Positions 31,196-42,587 are shown, counted from the stretch's first letter. The stretch is 64,000 nt of DNA from Perkinsela sp. CCAP 1560/9 (GCA_965644495.1 CBFFSA010000006.1:372001-436000); one strand, 5' to 3'. Program-made: numbers and translations. Notes: generated by a model from the sequence alone, not told the origin.

Positions 31196-34100
31196 ATGAA
31201 TATTCCAACACTACACACAGATGCCATTTTTCTTTCGGTTTTGTTGCCCGTATCGGATTTGATTCACAGGCGGGATTCAGAAAACTCCAATGACTTCGTT
31301 GCTGCATACCATAGCTTGTATATCATGGGCTCCTCTCAAGATAATGAAGCCGGAAATGTGGATTCTCAGAGAAGCGAAACAATGTACAAAACCCTTAAAA
31401 TTAAGAAGAAATGCGCAAACAATGACATTTTGACTGTTCGCTTGTTTCTCAATGTAGCCAGAACACCGCCGAACACTACGGATCATAAACTCGGGAATCA
31501 GCAAATTAGGAAGAAAGGTAAAAAGACTACGAAACTATATAAAAATAGTTCATATACAAAGGTACAAATGGGATGTACGAAAACTCGTGTCCTACTGACC
31601 GGAAGTACTGCAACGTTATGGAATATTTACCCAATAAACGAAACCGAGTTTTACGTTGCTTATAGCCTCTATTTTCCTCTGTCAGAGGAGCTCTATCTTT
31701 CCAGAGATCCGGAGTCTTCAAACGTATTTCTAACGGCGCTTAAAGCAGAGGCCTCCGTATTTAGTTTTCAGCATGGTAGATTCGGTCCTACATTAAGTAC
31801 TCTGTCTTCGGACGGTATTACACACTACGGGTTTGGCTTGCGGCCTTCGAAAATCCTTGAAATTGAGAACGCAAGGAGTGTGCCCTCGAGCTCGTATTCC
31901 GGAGAACTTTCTTTGGAAAACATTGAAGCTCATGTGAATAGTGTTATCTGTTTCGTTCCTACAGAATCGTGTCTCGTAACTTTTGTTTCGCATAAGACAA
32001 ATTTCGAAAGATTTTCTGCTCTTCATCCGAAGGATTCACAGCACTACACAGATGACTCCGGGAACCCGTTTTTTTATTTTGGTAAGCCGCTCTTACTAGA
32101 AGCTCAAAAACTTGAGTTCGAAACCTCTAAACTATTAAAGAGATCTTTGTCACTGAAGAGAAAAAAGATTGAAAATAATGGGAAAGCAGAACAGTGGAAA
32201 GCGCGCGACCAAATTCGCGTCGGAACTGTACTCGCAACTGAGCAAAATAAATTTTATTCTCTGTTCTTTCCGGAAATTCGATACGAAGGAGACTGTGATG
32301 ACCGGTCAAATGAGCTCCCGCATACGTCGACAGATTCCTCCGCTAACGCCTTGGAGACATCAGTTCGGCTTGGACACCCATACCGCTCCTTTGCCCTCAA
32401 ATTCATCTTTACGATACGTGACATAAAAAAGGATGAACTAATCGTCGTTGTACAGGCTCCAGACTTGGGTTTCGATAGTGATGTCACCATACCCGATATG
32501 GTTGAATGCACTGAATGGCCGCGAGGGGAGCCCTACTATCATGGTATTGGAAAACACACATGTGGTGCTCCCATACTATCCCCACCTTTGAATCGGCTTC
32601 GTATAGTGCCCTGTTCCGCTATCGGAGACAGCCAAAAAGGTTTGATGGCAACAGAATACATTCCTTATGGAGTAGTTTTTCCTTATGGGGGAGAAATCTC
32701 CGATAAAGTGAGTCCCTACTCGTGGGCGACCAGTGATGGTACGCATATTGTTGGTGGAAACATTATGCGGTACGCAAACACGTATCACGGTCTCTCGCAA
32801 TCTCCTAATGCGGTTTTATTAGATATTTCGGTATACCATCCGGACGGAAGCTTCAGCGCTGTTCCTTGTGTCGCATTAATTTCACCGGTATCGCCTGGTG
32901 AGATGATTCTGGTGCATTCTTATGGAAGAGATGCGGACTTCGAAGTCATGAGAAAGATGCTATGTGACAACGAGTATTTGCCGCTGTCGCAATTCCCCTC
33001 GCAAATGCTCCTCCCTGGCATGGAAGCAATGGACAATTGGTATCTTCCTGGTGACGTTATTGCAGTTATTTCACAGAAAAATAGTCCTAAGAGCAACACG
33101 CGGTTTCAAATCTACACTATTCACCAAATTTATCAAGATCGAACAGTATCAGCTTTTCGTCTTCAAGTGAAGCCAGGATCCCTGGTAGATTTCTTTTTAC
33201 GGCGCGGAAGTAAACCGGTTTCACTGTCATTAGACGAGGCGATTCTTCTTATACCTGACGAAGATTACGAAGTTACACAGAAGCAACATTCTTTCTACAG
33301 CAATACGTGTAGAGACATTACCCCTCCCCCAGCCAGTCGTTCAGTGGATAATCAGAAAAATCGATCGATAAGAAAGATGACGAGCCCTTGGAAAACTGTC
33401 AGTCCTGGCTCGAAGTTGCAATGCAGGGGACCAATCGATGAGCTCCTTATGGAGAACTGCGCTCATACTGAGTATATTACGGACACATATCGAAAGGAGA
33501 AAAAAACAGAAATTTTTGCTGTCCGTCTCAACCATATGGTTGCAACACATATTCACTCTCAAGGGAGAACGTCAGATGTAAAGCTTAATGCAAACGAGCT
33601 CGATGAGGTAAGAGAGTCGGAGAGGATCGGTACATTTACATCTAGTGCTAAAATTAGACCTTCAGTTGACCCTAGTATTCTCAAACATGAAAACGATGCA
33701 GAGCATTTAGGAAATGATGATAACGGAAGTCGTTCTGCAAAGCGCTATTTGCCTTTGGCGTCATCAATCTTCAAATCGCCATCAATCTTGAAATCCTCTT
33801 CGTTTTGTGTAAGATCAGCTAATCACACTCCCTTATCCTTACTTTCCTCCCCTTCTCACTACATTTCACAAAGTCGAGACCATGATACGGTTGACAGAAA
33901 GTCTCATAACTGCGAGTTAACTCAAATTTTATTTGAAACTGACGATATGAAGTTTTCTAGCCTTACCCCTCGCTCAAAGATTGGAATTCAAAGATCTAGC
34001 ATAAGTAGTAGTAAGTCTATACTTCTTCCTACAGAATATCCTCACCCAAGTGATGCAATACAAGAGCATAGCATCACAATTTCGCTTCCAAACGGTCCTA

Positions 34101-34342
34101 CTGCAGCTCTTCCGTGGATTTCTCCGCAGACTAACGCCACCACTTCTATTCATGAGCTAAAACCTCGAGCTTCCCTCGGTGTCTCTGAGATCGACGCAAC
34201 CAGTTTTCCTTTACCCCCTCGTCGAGAGTACGACACAGACATCACAAATATAAGAAAAGAAATGTCTGATATTACTTCGCAAAGTAAAGAATCGTCTAAA
34301 CTAGTTGAAGAAATGTATCATGATAGCGTGTTTCTTATATGA
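31196..34342 (+). CDS. Large SET-domain-containing protein (start may be ATG 31325)
   Basis: QKGLMATEYIPYG..FPYGGE, NIMRYAN, PNA, PGEMILVHSYG; an earlier SET-like remnant (TIRDIKKDELI); S-rich disordered C-terminus. Confidence 0.75.
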   Translation: MNIPTLHTDAIFLSVLLPVSDLIHRRDSENSNDFVAAYHSLYIMGSSQDNEAGNVDSQRSETMYKTLKIKKKCANNDILTVRLFLNVARTPPNTTDHKLGNQQIRKKGKKTTKLYKNSSYTKVQMGCTKTRVLLTGSTATLWNIYPINETEFYVAYSLYFPLSEELYLSRDPESSNVFLTALKAEASVFSFQHGRFGPTLSTLSSDGITHYGFGLRPSKILEIENARSVPSSSYSGELSLENIEAHVNSVICFVPTESCLVTFVSHKTNFERFSALHPKDSQHYTDDSGNPFFYFGKPLLLEAQKLEFETSKLLKRSLSLKRKKIENNGKAEQWKARDQIRVGTVLATEQNKFYSLFFPEIRYEGDCDDRSNELPHTSTDSSANALETSVRLGHPYRSFALKFIFTIRDIKKDELIVVVQAPDLGFDSDVTIPDMVECTEWPRGEPYYHGIGKHTCGAPILSPPLNRLRIVPCSAIGDSQKGLMATEYIPYGVVFPYGGEISDKVSPYSWATSDGTHIVGGNIMRYANTYHGLSQSPNAVLLDISVYHPDGSFSAVPCVALISPVSPGEMILVHSYGRDADFEVMRKMLCDNEYLPLSQFPSQMLLPGMEAMDNWYLPGDVIAVISQKNSPKSNTRFQIYTIHQIYQDRTVSAFRLQVKPGSLVDFFLRRGSKPVSLSLDEAILLIPDEDYEVTQKQHSFYSNTCRDITPPPASRSVDNQKNRSIRKMTSPWKTVSPGSKLQCRGPIDELLMENCAHTEYITDTYRKEKKTEIFAVRLNHMVATHIHSQGRTSDVKLNANELDEVRESERIGTFTSSAKIRPSVDPSILKHENDAEHLGNDDNGSRSAKRYLPLASSIFKSPSILKSSSFCVRSANHTPLSLLSSPSHYISQSRDHDTVDRKSHNCELTQILFETDDMKFSSLTPRSKIGIQRSSISSSKSILLPTEYPHPSDAIQEHSITISLPNGPTAALPWISPQTNATTSIHELKPRASLGVSEIDATSFPLPPRREYDTDITNIRKEMSDITSQSKESSKLVEEMYHDSVFLI

Positions 34343-34691
34343 CTTTTTTCTGGAAAAATATTGTGAGCTACTTACAGGAAATTAGCCTTTCGTATAAGTA
34401 GCACTTACGTGTAATTACATTTAGTTGTTGTTAGTGTACTATAATATACACTGTAGTTATACAGCTGTTAGTGTGAATAAGCTATTATGAATTCGCCAAA
34501 AGTAAGAAATACGAAACGTTCTTCTGTACTATGAACGCTTTTTAGTTTTAAAATATATTCAAAACCCTCAATTTTATGAATGAAAATGAAAAAAACGTGC
34601 AGTGGATTTAGAAGGGGTAGGAAAAAGAGCTAAGTTCTTTACTTCTTTTTTAGTTGTTTTCCCTTCAACTATTTCTCAAATTTTACTAAGG

Positions 34692-35648
34692 ATGTCGTCG
34701 CTGGAGCAACTGAAGTCTAGCACTCGCGTAATAGCGGACACAGCCAACTTTACTCTACTCGAACAGTACAAGCCGTTCGGAGCCACGACCAACCCGTCAC
34801 TCATCTTACAGTGTGTGAATCTTGAAGAAAATGCCCTACTCGTACGTACGGCTGTGGACTACGCCCAGCGTAACTCTCCTGCTTCGGTTGTTGAAACATC
34901 ACTTGATAAACTAACAGTGCTTTTCGGGTGTAAAATTTTGCAAAAGATCTCCGGACGCGTCAGTACGGAGGTCGACGCAAAGCTCAGTTTTTCAACAGAA
35001 AAATCAGTGGCGAAGGCACGACAACTCATTGCGATGTATGAGGAGGAAGGGGTGTCCCGTGATCGCGTGTATATTAAGCTCGCTGCCACGTGGGAGGGCA
35101 TCCAAGCCGCCCGGGTATTAGAATCTGATGGTATTGCCTGCAACATGACGTTGTTGTTTTCTTTTGCTCAAGCTGTGGCGTGTGCCCAAGCCCGGGTGAG
35201 CCTGATCTCGCCTTTCGTCGGTCGAATTCTGGACTGGTTTAAGAAGCATGAAGGCCGAGAATCTTATCCCGCCAATGAGGACCCCGGAGTTTTGCGGGTA
35301 ACAAAAATCTACAACTACTTTAAGGCACATAATTACGAAACCATTGTTATGGGGGCTAGTTTTCGCAACACGGAGGAGATAATTCAGTTAGCTGGTTGCG
35401 ATTATTTAACCATTTCGCCCGCATTGTTGAAAGCCTTAGACGGAATGGACAAACCAGTACCCAGATTGTTGTCTGTCCAGGAAGCAAAAATGAAGGCAGA
35501 TCCTTTAATCCAAAGTTTTCTCACACAGGATGACTTTTTGTTTCTTCATAACGAGGATGCAATGGCGTCGGAGAAGTTAGCTGAGGGCATTCGTTTGTTT
35601 AATCGCGATGCTAGAAAAGTTGAAGAGGTTATTCAAAAATTTCTGTGA
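34692..35648 (+). CDS. TAL: Transaldolase
   Basis: VIADT, ATTNPSLI, GRVSTEVDA, IKLAATWEGI, CNMTLLFS, LISPFVGRI.DW, MGASFRN. Confidence 0.97.
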   Translation: MSSLEQLKSSTRVIADTANFTLLEQYKPFGATTNPSLILQCVNLEENALLVRTAVDYAQRNSPASVVETSLDKLTVLFGCKILQKISGRVSTEVDAKLSFSTEKSVAKARQLIAMYEEEGVSRDRVYIKLAATWEGIQAARVLESDGIACNMTLLFSFAQAVACAQARVSLISPFVGRILDWFKKHEGRESYPANEDPGVLRVTKIYNYFKAHNYETIVMGASFRNTEEIIQLAGCDYLTISPALLKALDGMDKPVPRLLSVQEAKMKADPLIQSFLTQDDFLFLHNEDAMASEKLAEGIRLFNRDARKVEEVIQKFL

Positions 35649-36153
35649 ACATATATTTTAGGTGCGATGAGATTCCAGATAACCCCTTGATGTGATAACC
35701 CGAGATTTAAGAGATGCATAATCTTCAGTTCTGAGCAGAATCAACGATTTCAGTGGGCTAGTATTGGGTATATTGGGCGTTGTTGCCTTTTTTCAATTGA
35801 GTACGCTCCAAATTCATACGCGTGCCATTGTTTATGTGTAGGGAAATCTACACCATGTAAGCTTGTACTCTGCAATTTCGTTTACTCGCATTGAGAACGT
35901 GCAATGTACTCGACTATTTCTCATGTAATAGTGGAGGGTGCAGACTTCATACAATGTACATCGAGTAATACGATTGGATTTTCTTTGACTCTCTGGGCGA
36001 AATAATTCTATGGAAGGAATAATTTATGTACATTTAAGAATGACAAAGTCATGAGATACATTTACGTTTCTGCTCTCGCTCTGTCCATGATATACCATTT
36101 GTGAAGTATTCTGCTTCTAATTTTTTAGTTCGAGTGTTTAATATTTTTCTGTA

Positions 36154-36612
36154 ATGAAATGCTCCAAAGAAGATTCCACGTCGGCAAATGATTCGAATCC
36201 AACTGTTTGTGAGGAATTCGATGACGAAATTCTTTCCCAAAGAATCCTGTCCGAGAGTACATTGGAAGAAGTTGAAAGCATTCTACAGAACAATGAGCAA
36301 AAAATGGAATCCCTTCAAAGTGAGATACAAAGCCTTGTCTATCAAAATTACGATGGATTCATCGAGATATCCGACGTTTTATCAGAGATAGCTGATTTGG
36401 CTCTAAAAATTGATGGCGAGGTCGTCTCTATGAAAGAATCTGTGAAAGAAATTTTTAATGGGGTTGGAAATCTTGAAAACGTGGTAAAAGGTCACGCAAA
36501 CGACTTACATCAGGACAACAAGAATTTTACTATTGAGCCGAAAACGGAGCCTGATTCCGACACCGGCGATCAAGGGATACACGTAGAAATACAAGAAGAG
36601 TTAAACTCATGA
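36154..36612 (+). CDS. Vps51/Vps67-type N-terminal coiled-coil protein (short)
   Basis: L.SEIQSLVYQNYDGFIEISD.L resembles the Vps51 motif LVYENY.KFI.A.D.I. Confidence 0.65.
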   Translation: MKCSKEDSTSANDSNPTVCEEFDDEILSQRILSESTLEEVESILQNNEQKMESLQSEIQSLVYQNYDGFIEISDVLSEIADLALKIDGEVVSMKESVKEIFNGVGNLENVVKGHANDLHQDNKNFTIEPKTEPDSDTGDQGIHVEIQEELNS

Positions 36613-36774
36613 AATTGGCTTTCTCTAGTCCAGGCGAAATCTGATGCTGTCCTGTCTCACAGCTGCCCTACTCCATACACTCTGTCACAACCGAACTCAC
36701 GTTCCGACGTGCGTAACATGTGAAAACATGTCTGCAGCAGAATACACAATATAGAAAATCTAGAGCTCTACATA

Positions 36775-38334
36775 CAGGGGTGCAAATCAGATGCTGGAGG
36801 GGGGGGTCTAAAATTAGCAATGTTTGCGCAATTTTGAAAAATAATAGCGCATTCGAGAGCTCTCGCAGAGATCTATGTATTTGGATAGGCGGTTTCCCGG
36901 GGTGTAACGGGGTGGTCAACTGAGGAGAAGCCCAAAAACGTCAAAATGCAAAAAATGAAAGAAAAATTTTGTACGTTCAATAATTACAACTTTCCCCTTT
37001 TTTTCTACTACTATGTCGAAACGCCGCGGAATGCTGTTTAAAGTGTTTATGAGCATGTCATGACCATCTGTTTTAATGTAATCAACCGCCTTTTCAATAG
37101 AATACAAAAGTTCAGTCCTATTTTCTGGGTTTGTACCATCTTTAATAAAGGTGTCCATGATGTCCCAAATGTTTTCAATAGGGTTAAGATCTGGGGATTT
37201 TGGGGGAAAGTCTAAAACAAAGACTTGGTTTTCTCGAAAGGTTTTAAAGGTGCCATTGTGACAAGGAGCATTACCCATGGCAACTCTAGTACCGCTATGA
37301 CGCTTCAAGTAACTTAAGAAACCTCCCCTTTTTGTCATAGCTGCTTTAAAAACATTTGAAGTAATCGTAACTTTCCCATTTCTGTCCCTGTTGGGAAAGA
37401 TGTGATAAAAAACTCCATAAATAAGGCTTATACCCATCCAAACGTTTACTCCATCCCCCCCAAACCATTTTTGCGCAGCTTTTAGGGGTGGCTTGGGGGG
37501 TCACTCGCTCGGCAAATGTAAGAACGGCTTTCGCACCCAAGTTGACAAGTGAACTTTTTTTCGTCACACCAAATAATGTGACGAAGCTGTGCGACGGACC
37601 ACTTCTGCATTTTCAGTGCAAATGTTAGTCGCTTGGCCTTGTGAACTTCAGTTAAGAACAGGCCTTTAGTAAAAGATCGTTGGATCATCCCTTCGTCCTT
37701 CAAAAAATTTACTAGGGTCGGCCTGCTGCAGGAGAAACCACTTTTCCTAACCTCTCGAAGAATAAAACTCCACGAGGGACAACCTCGCGCACTTGTCGCG
37801 TTGGACGCGTCAATAATTTCGCGGCATGCCTCAAGAAGCTCCGGCGTTGTCACAGTGCGTTCGCGAGGAGGCGTAGCACGTTCAACATCCCCGGTTTCCT
37901 CAAATCGCTTAACCCACAACTTAACAGTGCTGTCGTGGACGCCTTGTCTTTAGCAAGTGGCACTGTAAGAGTTTGTATTCTCGTAATCTTTAGCGAGAAG
38001 CATCCTGTGTGAATATTTTGTGTGCCCCGGGGGTTCATGTGATCTATCAGATAAGCTTTTACTGTTTTGCTTAGAGAGGGATCGCTTTTGCGGCATAATA
38101 GTGAGCTGAAAAACAAAAAAACACGGAAAAATCTGCAAAAATTGAAAAATCTGCAACGTTTAGGGGGGTAAAAAACCTTTAAAAAAATATCTTTTTCAAA
38201 TTTGTTTTCTTTTAACGTGATAATAGCGCCGAAACATAGATCTCTGCAAGAGCTCTCGAATGCGCTATTATTTTTCAAAATTGCGCAAACATTGCTAATT
38301 TTAGACCCCCCCCAGCATCTGATTTGCACCCCTG
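36775..38334 (-). mobile_element. Full-length but disabled Tc1/mariner (IS630-Tc1-mariner) transposon, 1560 bp
   Basis: ~100-bp near-identical TIRs caggggtgcaaatcagatgctgg...; TA at 36773-74 and 38335-36; minus-strand transposase pieces WVKRFEETG, IIWCDEKKF, MGNAPCH, PPKSPDLNPIENIW. Confidence 0.95.
36960..38096 (-). pseudogene. Tc1-like DDE transposase pseudogene
   Basis: Split over ORFs 37950-38156, 37482-37919 and 36916-37437 by stops and frameshifts; the second catalytic Asp reads Gly. Confidence 0.9.
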
Positions 38335-38696
38335 TATATTTACACATGTATTTACATGTATATTGAACGTAGTGGAAATTAACTGAATGTAGATTAATAC
38401 TGGATTGTCAGCAACATAAGAGTGTTTGACAGGTACATGGAAAGATCACATCACTTTGCATTCTTACAGCGTGGATTCGCGGCTTAGCCATCGCATAGGA
38501 GAGGGTTCAGTTCAGAAAGATATTGTGTATGATTGACAGCTATCTTCCGATGTTGGACATGCACAGAATCGCACAAATAACCCATATCATCCTATATAAA
38601 GAGTAGCAAAAATATTAGTCTATTTATTACCTGGTTTTGTTCTTTTGTTGGATAGTTTTCCATTTTACTGTCGTAGTGCTGTATTCAGTCTATAAA

Positions 38697-39188
38697 ATGC
38701 GGAAAATCACCGCCCCACTTCTGGAAATTACTGAATTTTTCGTGCATAAGAGCGCAGTATACAGTATTAATGTTTTTAATATGATTTCCACTACCCTAAC
38801 AGTTCGGCGAGCAAGAAAGACTAAATTACATCGAAAAATGAAACGATCACAAGATGACTTAGATGAAAATTTAGGAAAGGTGGAAAACCGACTCTTCACG
38901 AAAGTCAGACACGCGGTAGAAACCAAAGTTCACATACCCCCTGAAGTTCTGAGAGGTATAATTACACCAGAATTACGTGCCTTAGAGGCGGACCTTTGTG
39001 GACATGAGCTTCAATCATCAAGCGCTGATTTAAGTAGTGTACCAACAGTGTATGTTGATGATAGCTCACCAAAGAATTACGCCATTCCAAGACGAATGAT
39101 AAGGAGACGGAGAAATCTCTCTTGGCTACGGCTTCGAAATAAGAGATACACTGTTAAAGATGCACTAGGCTCTTTCAAAACTTTATGA
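38697..39188 (+). CDS. Hypothetical basic protein (start may be ATG 38781), possibly mitochondrial
   Basis: ORF on the cluster strand with R/K-rich ends. Confidence 0.6.
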   Translation: MRKITAPLLEITEFFVHKSAVYSINVFNMISTTLTVRRARKTKLHRKMKRSQDDLDENLGKVENRLFTKVRHAVETKVHIPPEVLRGIITPELRALEADLCGHELQSSSADLSSVPTVYVDDSSPKNYAIPRRMIRRRRNLSWLRLRNKRYTVKDALGSFKTL

Positions 39189-39391
39189 ACATTTTCTATA
39201 ACGAAGTCCATATGAGCGTCTAATACATTTGAAAGCAACGAAATAAATCCAATGGTACATCCCTCATAATGACCCTACTAACTCTCTTAAAAACTAATGT
39301 ATTGCGGGACAACGTACACGTATTAAAGAAAAGCCTTTTTCACGCAAAAACATTTTTTTATTCCATGAAATCTTGACTTTGATCTAGCATA

Positions 39392-40759
39392 ATGCGTGGT
39401 AAAAACTTTTATCAGTTCCTTCAACGCTCGGCACATGCAAACAAATGCATCAAGTCTGCACCTACGTCTATACCAGCAGTCTTTTCCAACGTACCTCCTG
39501 TTTCTCTATATAGATCCACCGGAAGATTGTGTTCTGTTTCGAAAAAGAATGCTCTCTTTTCAATAAAGACAGATTCTAGCACAATTGCATCTTTGCCCGC
39601 AATGGTTCGCTGCACGAAATGTGGACGACGTTTCACCACTCGGCAGGAACTTGAAACACATACTTATCGTAGTCATCCGCCAAGAACTCGGGCCGAACCT
39701 TCTACCGCTAAAGCTCAGGAAATTGTTTTCAAAAAAGAGCAGGAAGCAGGCACCACTTCGCATTCTACCGTTGCTAACAATAGCACGACCACCTCCACTT
39801 CAGTACTGAATCGTGTGACATCAGTTCCAGATTTAAACGCGGCAAATGAGAGCGTGAAGCCAGCGAAAACGTCTTCTTCCAAAGATGGTAACACTTGCAT
39901 TTTGTGCAATTTGCCGAATTCAAGCCACGAAGAGTTAAGCATACATAAAAAATCAATTGAACACCGCAACACTGCGCGCGATTACTTTGGTGGAGAGCAT
40001 ATTCTTAATTCGGATGGAGATATCGATGGACCATCTGAACTGGTTCAAGAGTTATTGCAGAAGATTCAACAAAGGAGGGTCCTTGAAAAAGAACTTTCGG
40101 AGTTGAGCACTGAAATTGGCGAGCGAAGTGCTGAAACACCTTCTCGTGTTGCGACGGATCTCTCACAAACTACAACTCCTCTGATGGGAATACCACTTTC
40201 GTATCCGTATAAGTTTGTGCCAGATTTTTCGCGAAGCCTGACCTCTGATAAGCCCAATGTAGATGTTACCAAGGAGTCTGCATCCTCCGAAGGGAGCTGC
40301 ACCAGTCCGGGCACTGTAGACAAAAAGGACACATCCAGATTTACCAGCTTCGTGAATACGGCAACTCTTATTGGCACTGTACATCGACAGATACTTTGCA
40401 GTTTTCGCGGTGGCGAGCCCTCAGCGAAGTTTTACGTACTCGTGCGCAGAAGTGTTTTGTCGTCAGGTCTTTCAGATGAATCATCGGAGGAAGCTCAACG
40501 CAAAGCATGCGCTGAAAACGCGTCGCTCCCCCGAGTTATTGAAGAAGAAAGCTTCACGGTCGAATGCCGCGGAGAGCGTTGGTGCAAGCTCGTACAAAAC
40601 TGTCTGTTTAGCGGAGTACTTGTTCATATACAGGGCCGACTTTCTATGCGTCCCCAGTTCCATGAAGAAGATGCCACTTACACTTACAACGCTGTTGTAG
40701 AAGTGAATCAGTGCGAAGGCATAGTAACCGTATTGATGACGAGTGAACCAACAACCTAG
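39392..40759 (+). CDS. RNA editing core complex KREPA-family protein (C2H2 Zn fingers + C-terminal OB fold)
   Basis: CTKCGRRF....ELETH....H, a second CILC...H..H finger, SSB-like OB fold VNTATLIG...FTVEC.G...V.IQGRL.M.PQF...Y.Y...V.V; the long OB-fold loop recalls KREPA1. Confidence 0.8.
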   Translation: MRGKNFYQFLQRSAHANKCIKSAPTSIPAVFSNVPPVSLYRSTGRLCSVSKKNALFSIKTDSSTIASLPAMVRCTKCGRRFTTRQELETHTYRSHPPRTRAEPSTAKAQEIVFKKEQEAGTTSHSTVANNSTTTSTSVLNRVTSVPDLNAANESVKPAKTSSSKDGNTCILCNLPNSSHEELSIHKKSIEHRNTARDYFGGEHILNSDGDIDGPSELVQELLQKIQQRRVLEKELSELSTEIGERSAETPSRVATDLSQTTTPLMGIPLSYPYKFVPDFSRSLTSDKPNVDVTKESASSEGSCTSPGTVDKKDTSRFTSFVNTATLIGTVHRQILCSFRGGEPSAKFYVLVRRSVLSSGLSDESSEEAQRKACAENASLPRVIEEESFTVECRGERWCKLVQNCLFSGVLVHIQGRLSMRPQFHEEDATYTYNAVVEVNQCEGIVTVLMTSEPTT

Positions 40760-41048
40760 ACTTTATGAGATTTCTACAGTTCTGATCATGATTTTTCTGT
40801 CTTGTCGAGCGTCGGTTGGTAATTATTTCGTGCGAATGACAAAAAACTATCGCACATCAATAAAACAATTTTTCGCAAACGGATTCCTTTTTCGGTAAAA
40901 TTAACTGAAGTAAAAGCGCTAATTAGTATTTCACGCTAAAGAAGGTTCCTTTAACATAAACTAGGTCATGTGTCTCTCGTAATTCCTACATTCGGATCTC
41001 TCATCTTGTGTAGATCTCTCCCTATACATTTTACGCACTCTACCTCTT

Positions 41049-42587
41049 ATGTCGAACATACCCTCATATATGAGAGGTACAATGACCTCAAAATGCAAAG
41101 CGCAGGAGCAAAGTTTGCGAAGTAGCACATTACTTGGAAACAACAAGAGGGGAAACAATTCTTTGTCAAGGTCTTTTACCTTCACTCGACCGAACTTTAC
41201 GAAGCCACTTGACGTGCAGCAACAATGCAGTGAACTGAAAACAGGACAAAAGATCGGATTATATCCACTTTCTTCAGAGAGTGACACACGCTATTTTCGT
41301 CGAAGAGGATGTCCCCAAGCGGATGGTATATCGAACTCCGATGCACATCATACAACACATATTCTTGATTCCGGGAAAGCGCCACTTCTGCCCGCATACA
41401 TTGAGTCAACTACTCCTTTACCCGGTGATGTCCCACGAATACAAAGACGTCCTTGTCCTAGAGCCCGAACCACTCCTTGTGCTTCTCTTGTAGAAATTTC
41501 GGAAGGCCTTGCTACGAGCCGTAGTGATAGCTCTACCCATGCCAGCGGCCGCAGGTGCAGTTCCTCGAGCCGCAAGGCCTACTCTAATTTATTGAGCGGT
41601 CCTCCGATCGTTGTTCCCCCCAACAATCATGTGGCTCCGCGTCCATATTGGGTACGTGGAAATGAGACCACACAGTCAGGCATGTCTTGCGGTCGCCGCA
41701 GCGCTCGATCCTGTTCGGTAACTCAAGTCGACACACGTCGGACGCTATTGTGTGGTGAGAGCGGCTCCGTGGGGCCTACCCCAATTCTACCCTCTGTTGG
41801 TCGGCAGGACTCTACCAGTGTCAGCTTACCCGTTCGTACCCACCCTACATGCCGCTCTGCGCGTCAAAACTCCAGTAACCTACTTAATTTCGTCCATGGA
41901 ACGCCGTGCGCCTCGGATTCAACCCCCCGTGGAGGACTCCGTCGCTCCACCTCCATGTCCCAACCCCCTACAGCCCATGTGTTACAACAACACATCGGCA
42001 CCGAACCAGCACATCCCACAAACCCTACAACAGCAGCAGCACCAGCAGCAGCAACTACAGTCTTCACCCCCCTGACACGTCAACCCGTGGCTTCCCACCC
42101 CCAATCCGTACCTTCCCATCACCACCACCATCACCACAACAACAACCCCCTCCTTCCCGGAGCCTCCCCACACGATGATCCCACGCCCCGTCGCTTCTCC
42201 CTTCGCCCCATGTCCGGCCCCCCTCCCTTCACCCCCCCTCCCCTCCCCCCCCTCCGTCTCCCCAACCTGGCCATGAAACGCGCTGCCTCCGCGCGTCGAG
42301 GCGCCAGTGACGTGTTCCATTTCAAGGCGCCAGAGGCCAACACCCGTGACCCGGTGGGGGGACGCGCCACGGGGCGTCGGTCGGTAGCGGGGAGAGGCCA
42401 CGGGGGGAGGGGGGGGGACCCTGGGGTTTCGGGAGGGGGGAGGCACCCGGGGCGGTACAACGGCGCCCCGGCGTTTACGGTGAACCTTCGCTCGTTTACG
42501 ACGTTGGAGCCGTGGGGGAGGGGACGGAAAGAGGTGGGGGGAGGAAAGAGGTGGGGGGAGGGGGGGAAGGCGTATGGGTTTGGGTAG
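41049..42587 (+). CDS. Low-complexity disordered protein (S/R/P-rich, G-rich tail)
   Basis: 512-aa ATG ORF; the 3' third is homopolymer-rich, so the true end is uncertain. Confidence 0.55.
   Translation: MSNIPSYMRGTMTSKCKAQEQSLRSSTLLGNNKRGNNSLSRSFTFTRPNFTKPLDVQQQCSELKTGQKIGLYPLSSESDTRYFRRRGCPQADGISNSDAHHTTHILDSGKAPLLPAYIESTTPLPGDVPRIQRRPCPRARTTPCASLVEISEGLATSRSDSSTHASGRRCSSSSRKAYSNLLSGPPIVVPPNNHVAPRPYWVRGNETTQSGMSCGRRSARSCSVTQVDTRRTLLCGESGSVGPTPILPSVGRQDSTSVSLPVRTHPTCRSARQNSSNLLNFVHGTPCASDSTPRGGLRRSTSMSQPPTAHVLQQHIGTEPAHPTNPTTAAAPAAATTVFTPLTRQPVASHPQSVPSHHHHHHHNNNPLLPGASPHDDPTPRRFSLRPMSGPPPFTPPPLPPLRLPNLAMKRAASARRGASDVFHFKAPEANTRDPVGGRATGRRSVAGRGHGGRGGDPGVSGGGRHPGRYNGAPAFTVNLRSFTTLEPWGRGRKEVGGGKRWGEGGKAYGFG

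Noticed and set aside
35664-35737. Possible C/D snoRNA (gcgatga ... ctga, ~74 nt)
   Set aside because: Non-canonical C box, D'/C' spacing too tight, and I could not identify an rRNA antisense element; snoscan would decide
38523-38571. Hairpin ending in AGA (gtgtatg/catgcac)
   Set aside because: Too short, and the pocket-to-box distance is ~9 nt instead of 14-16
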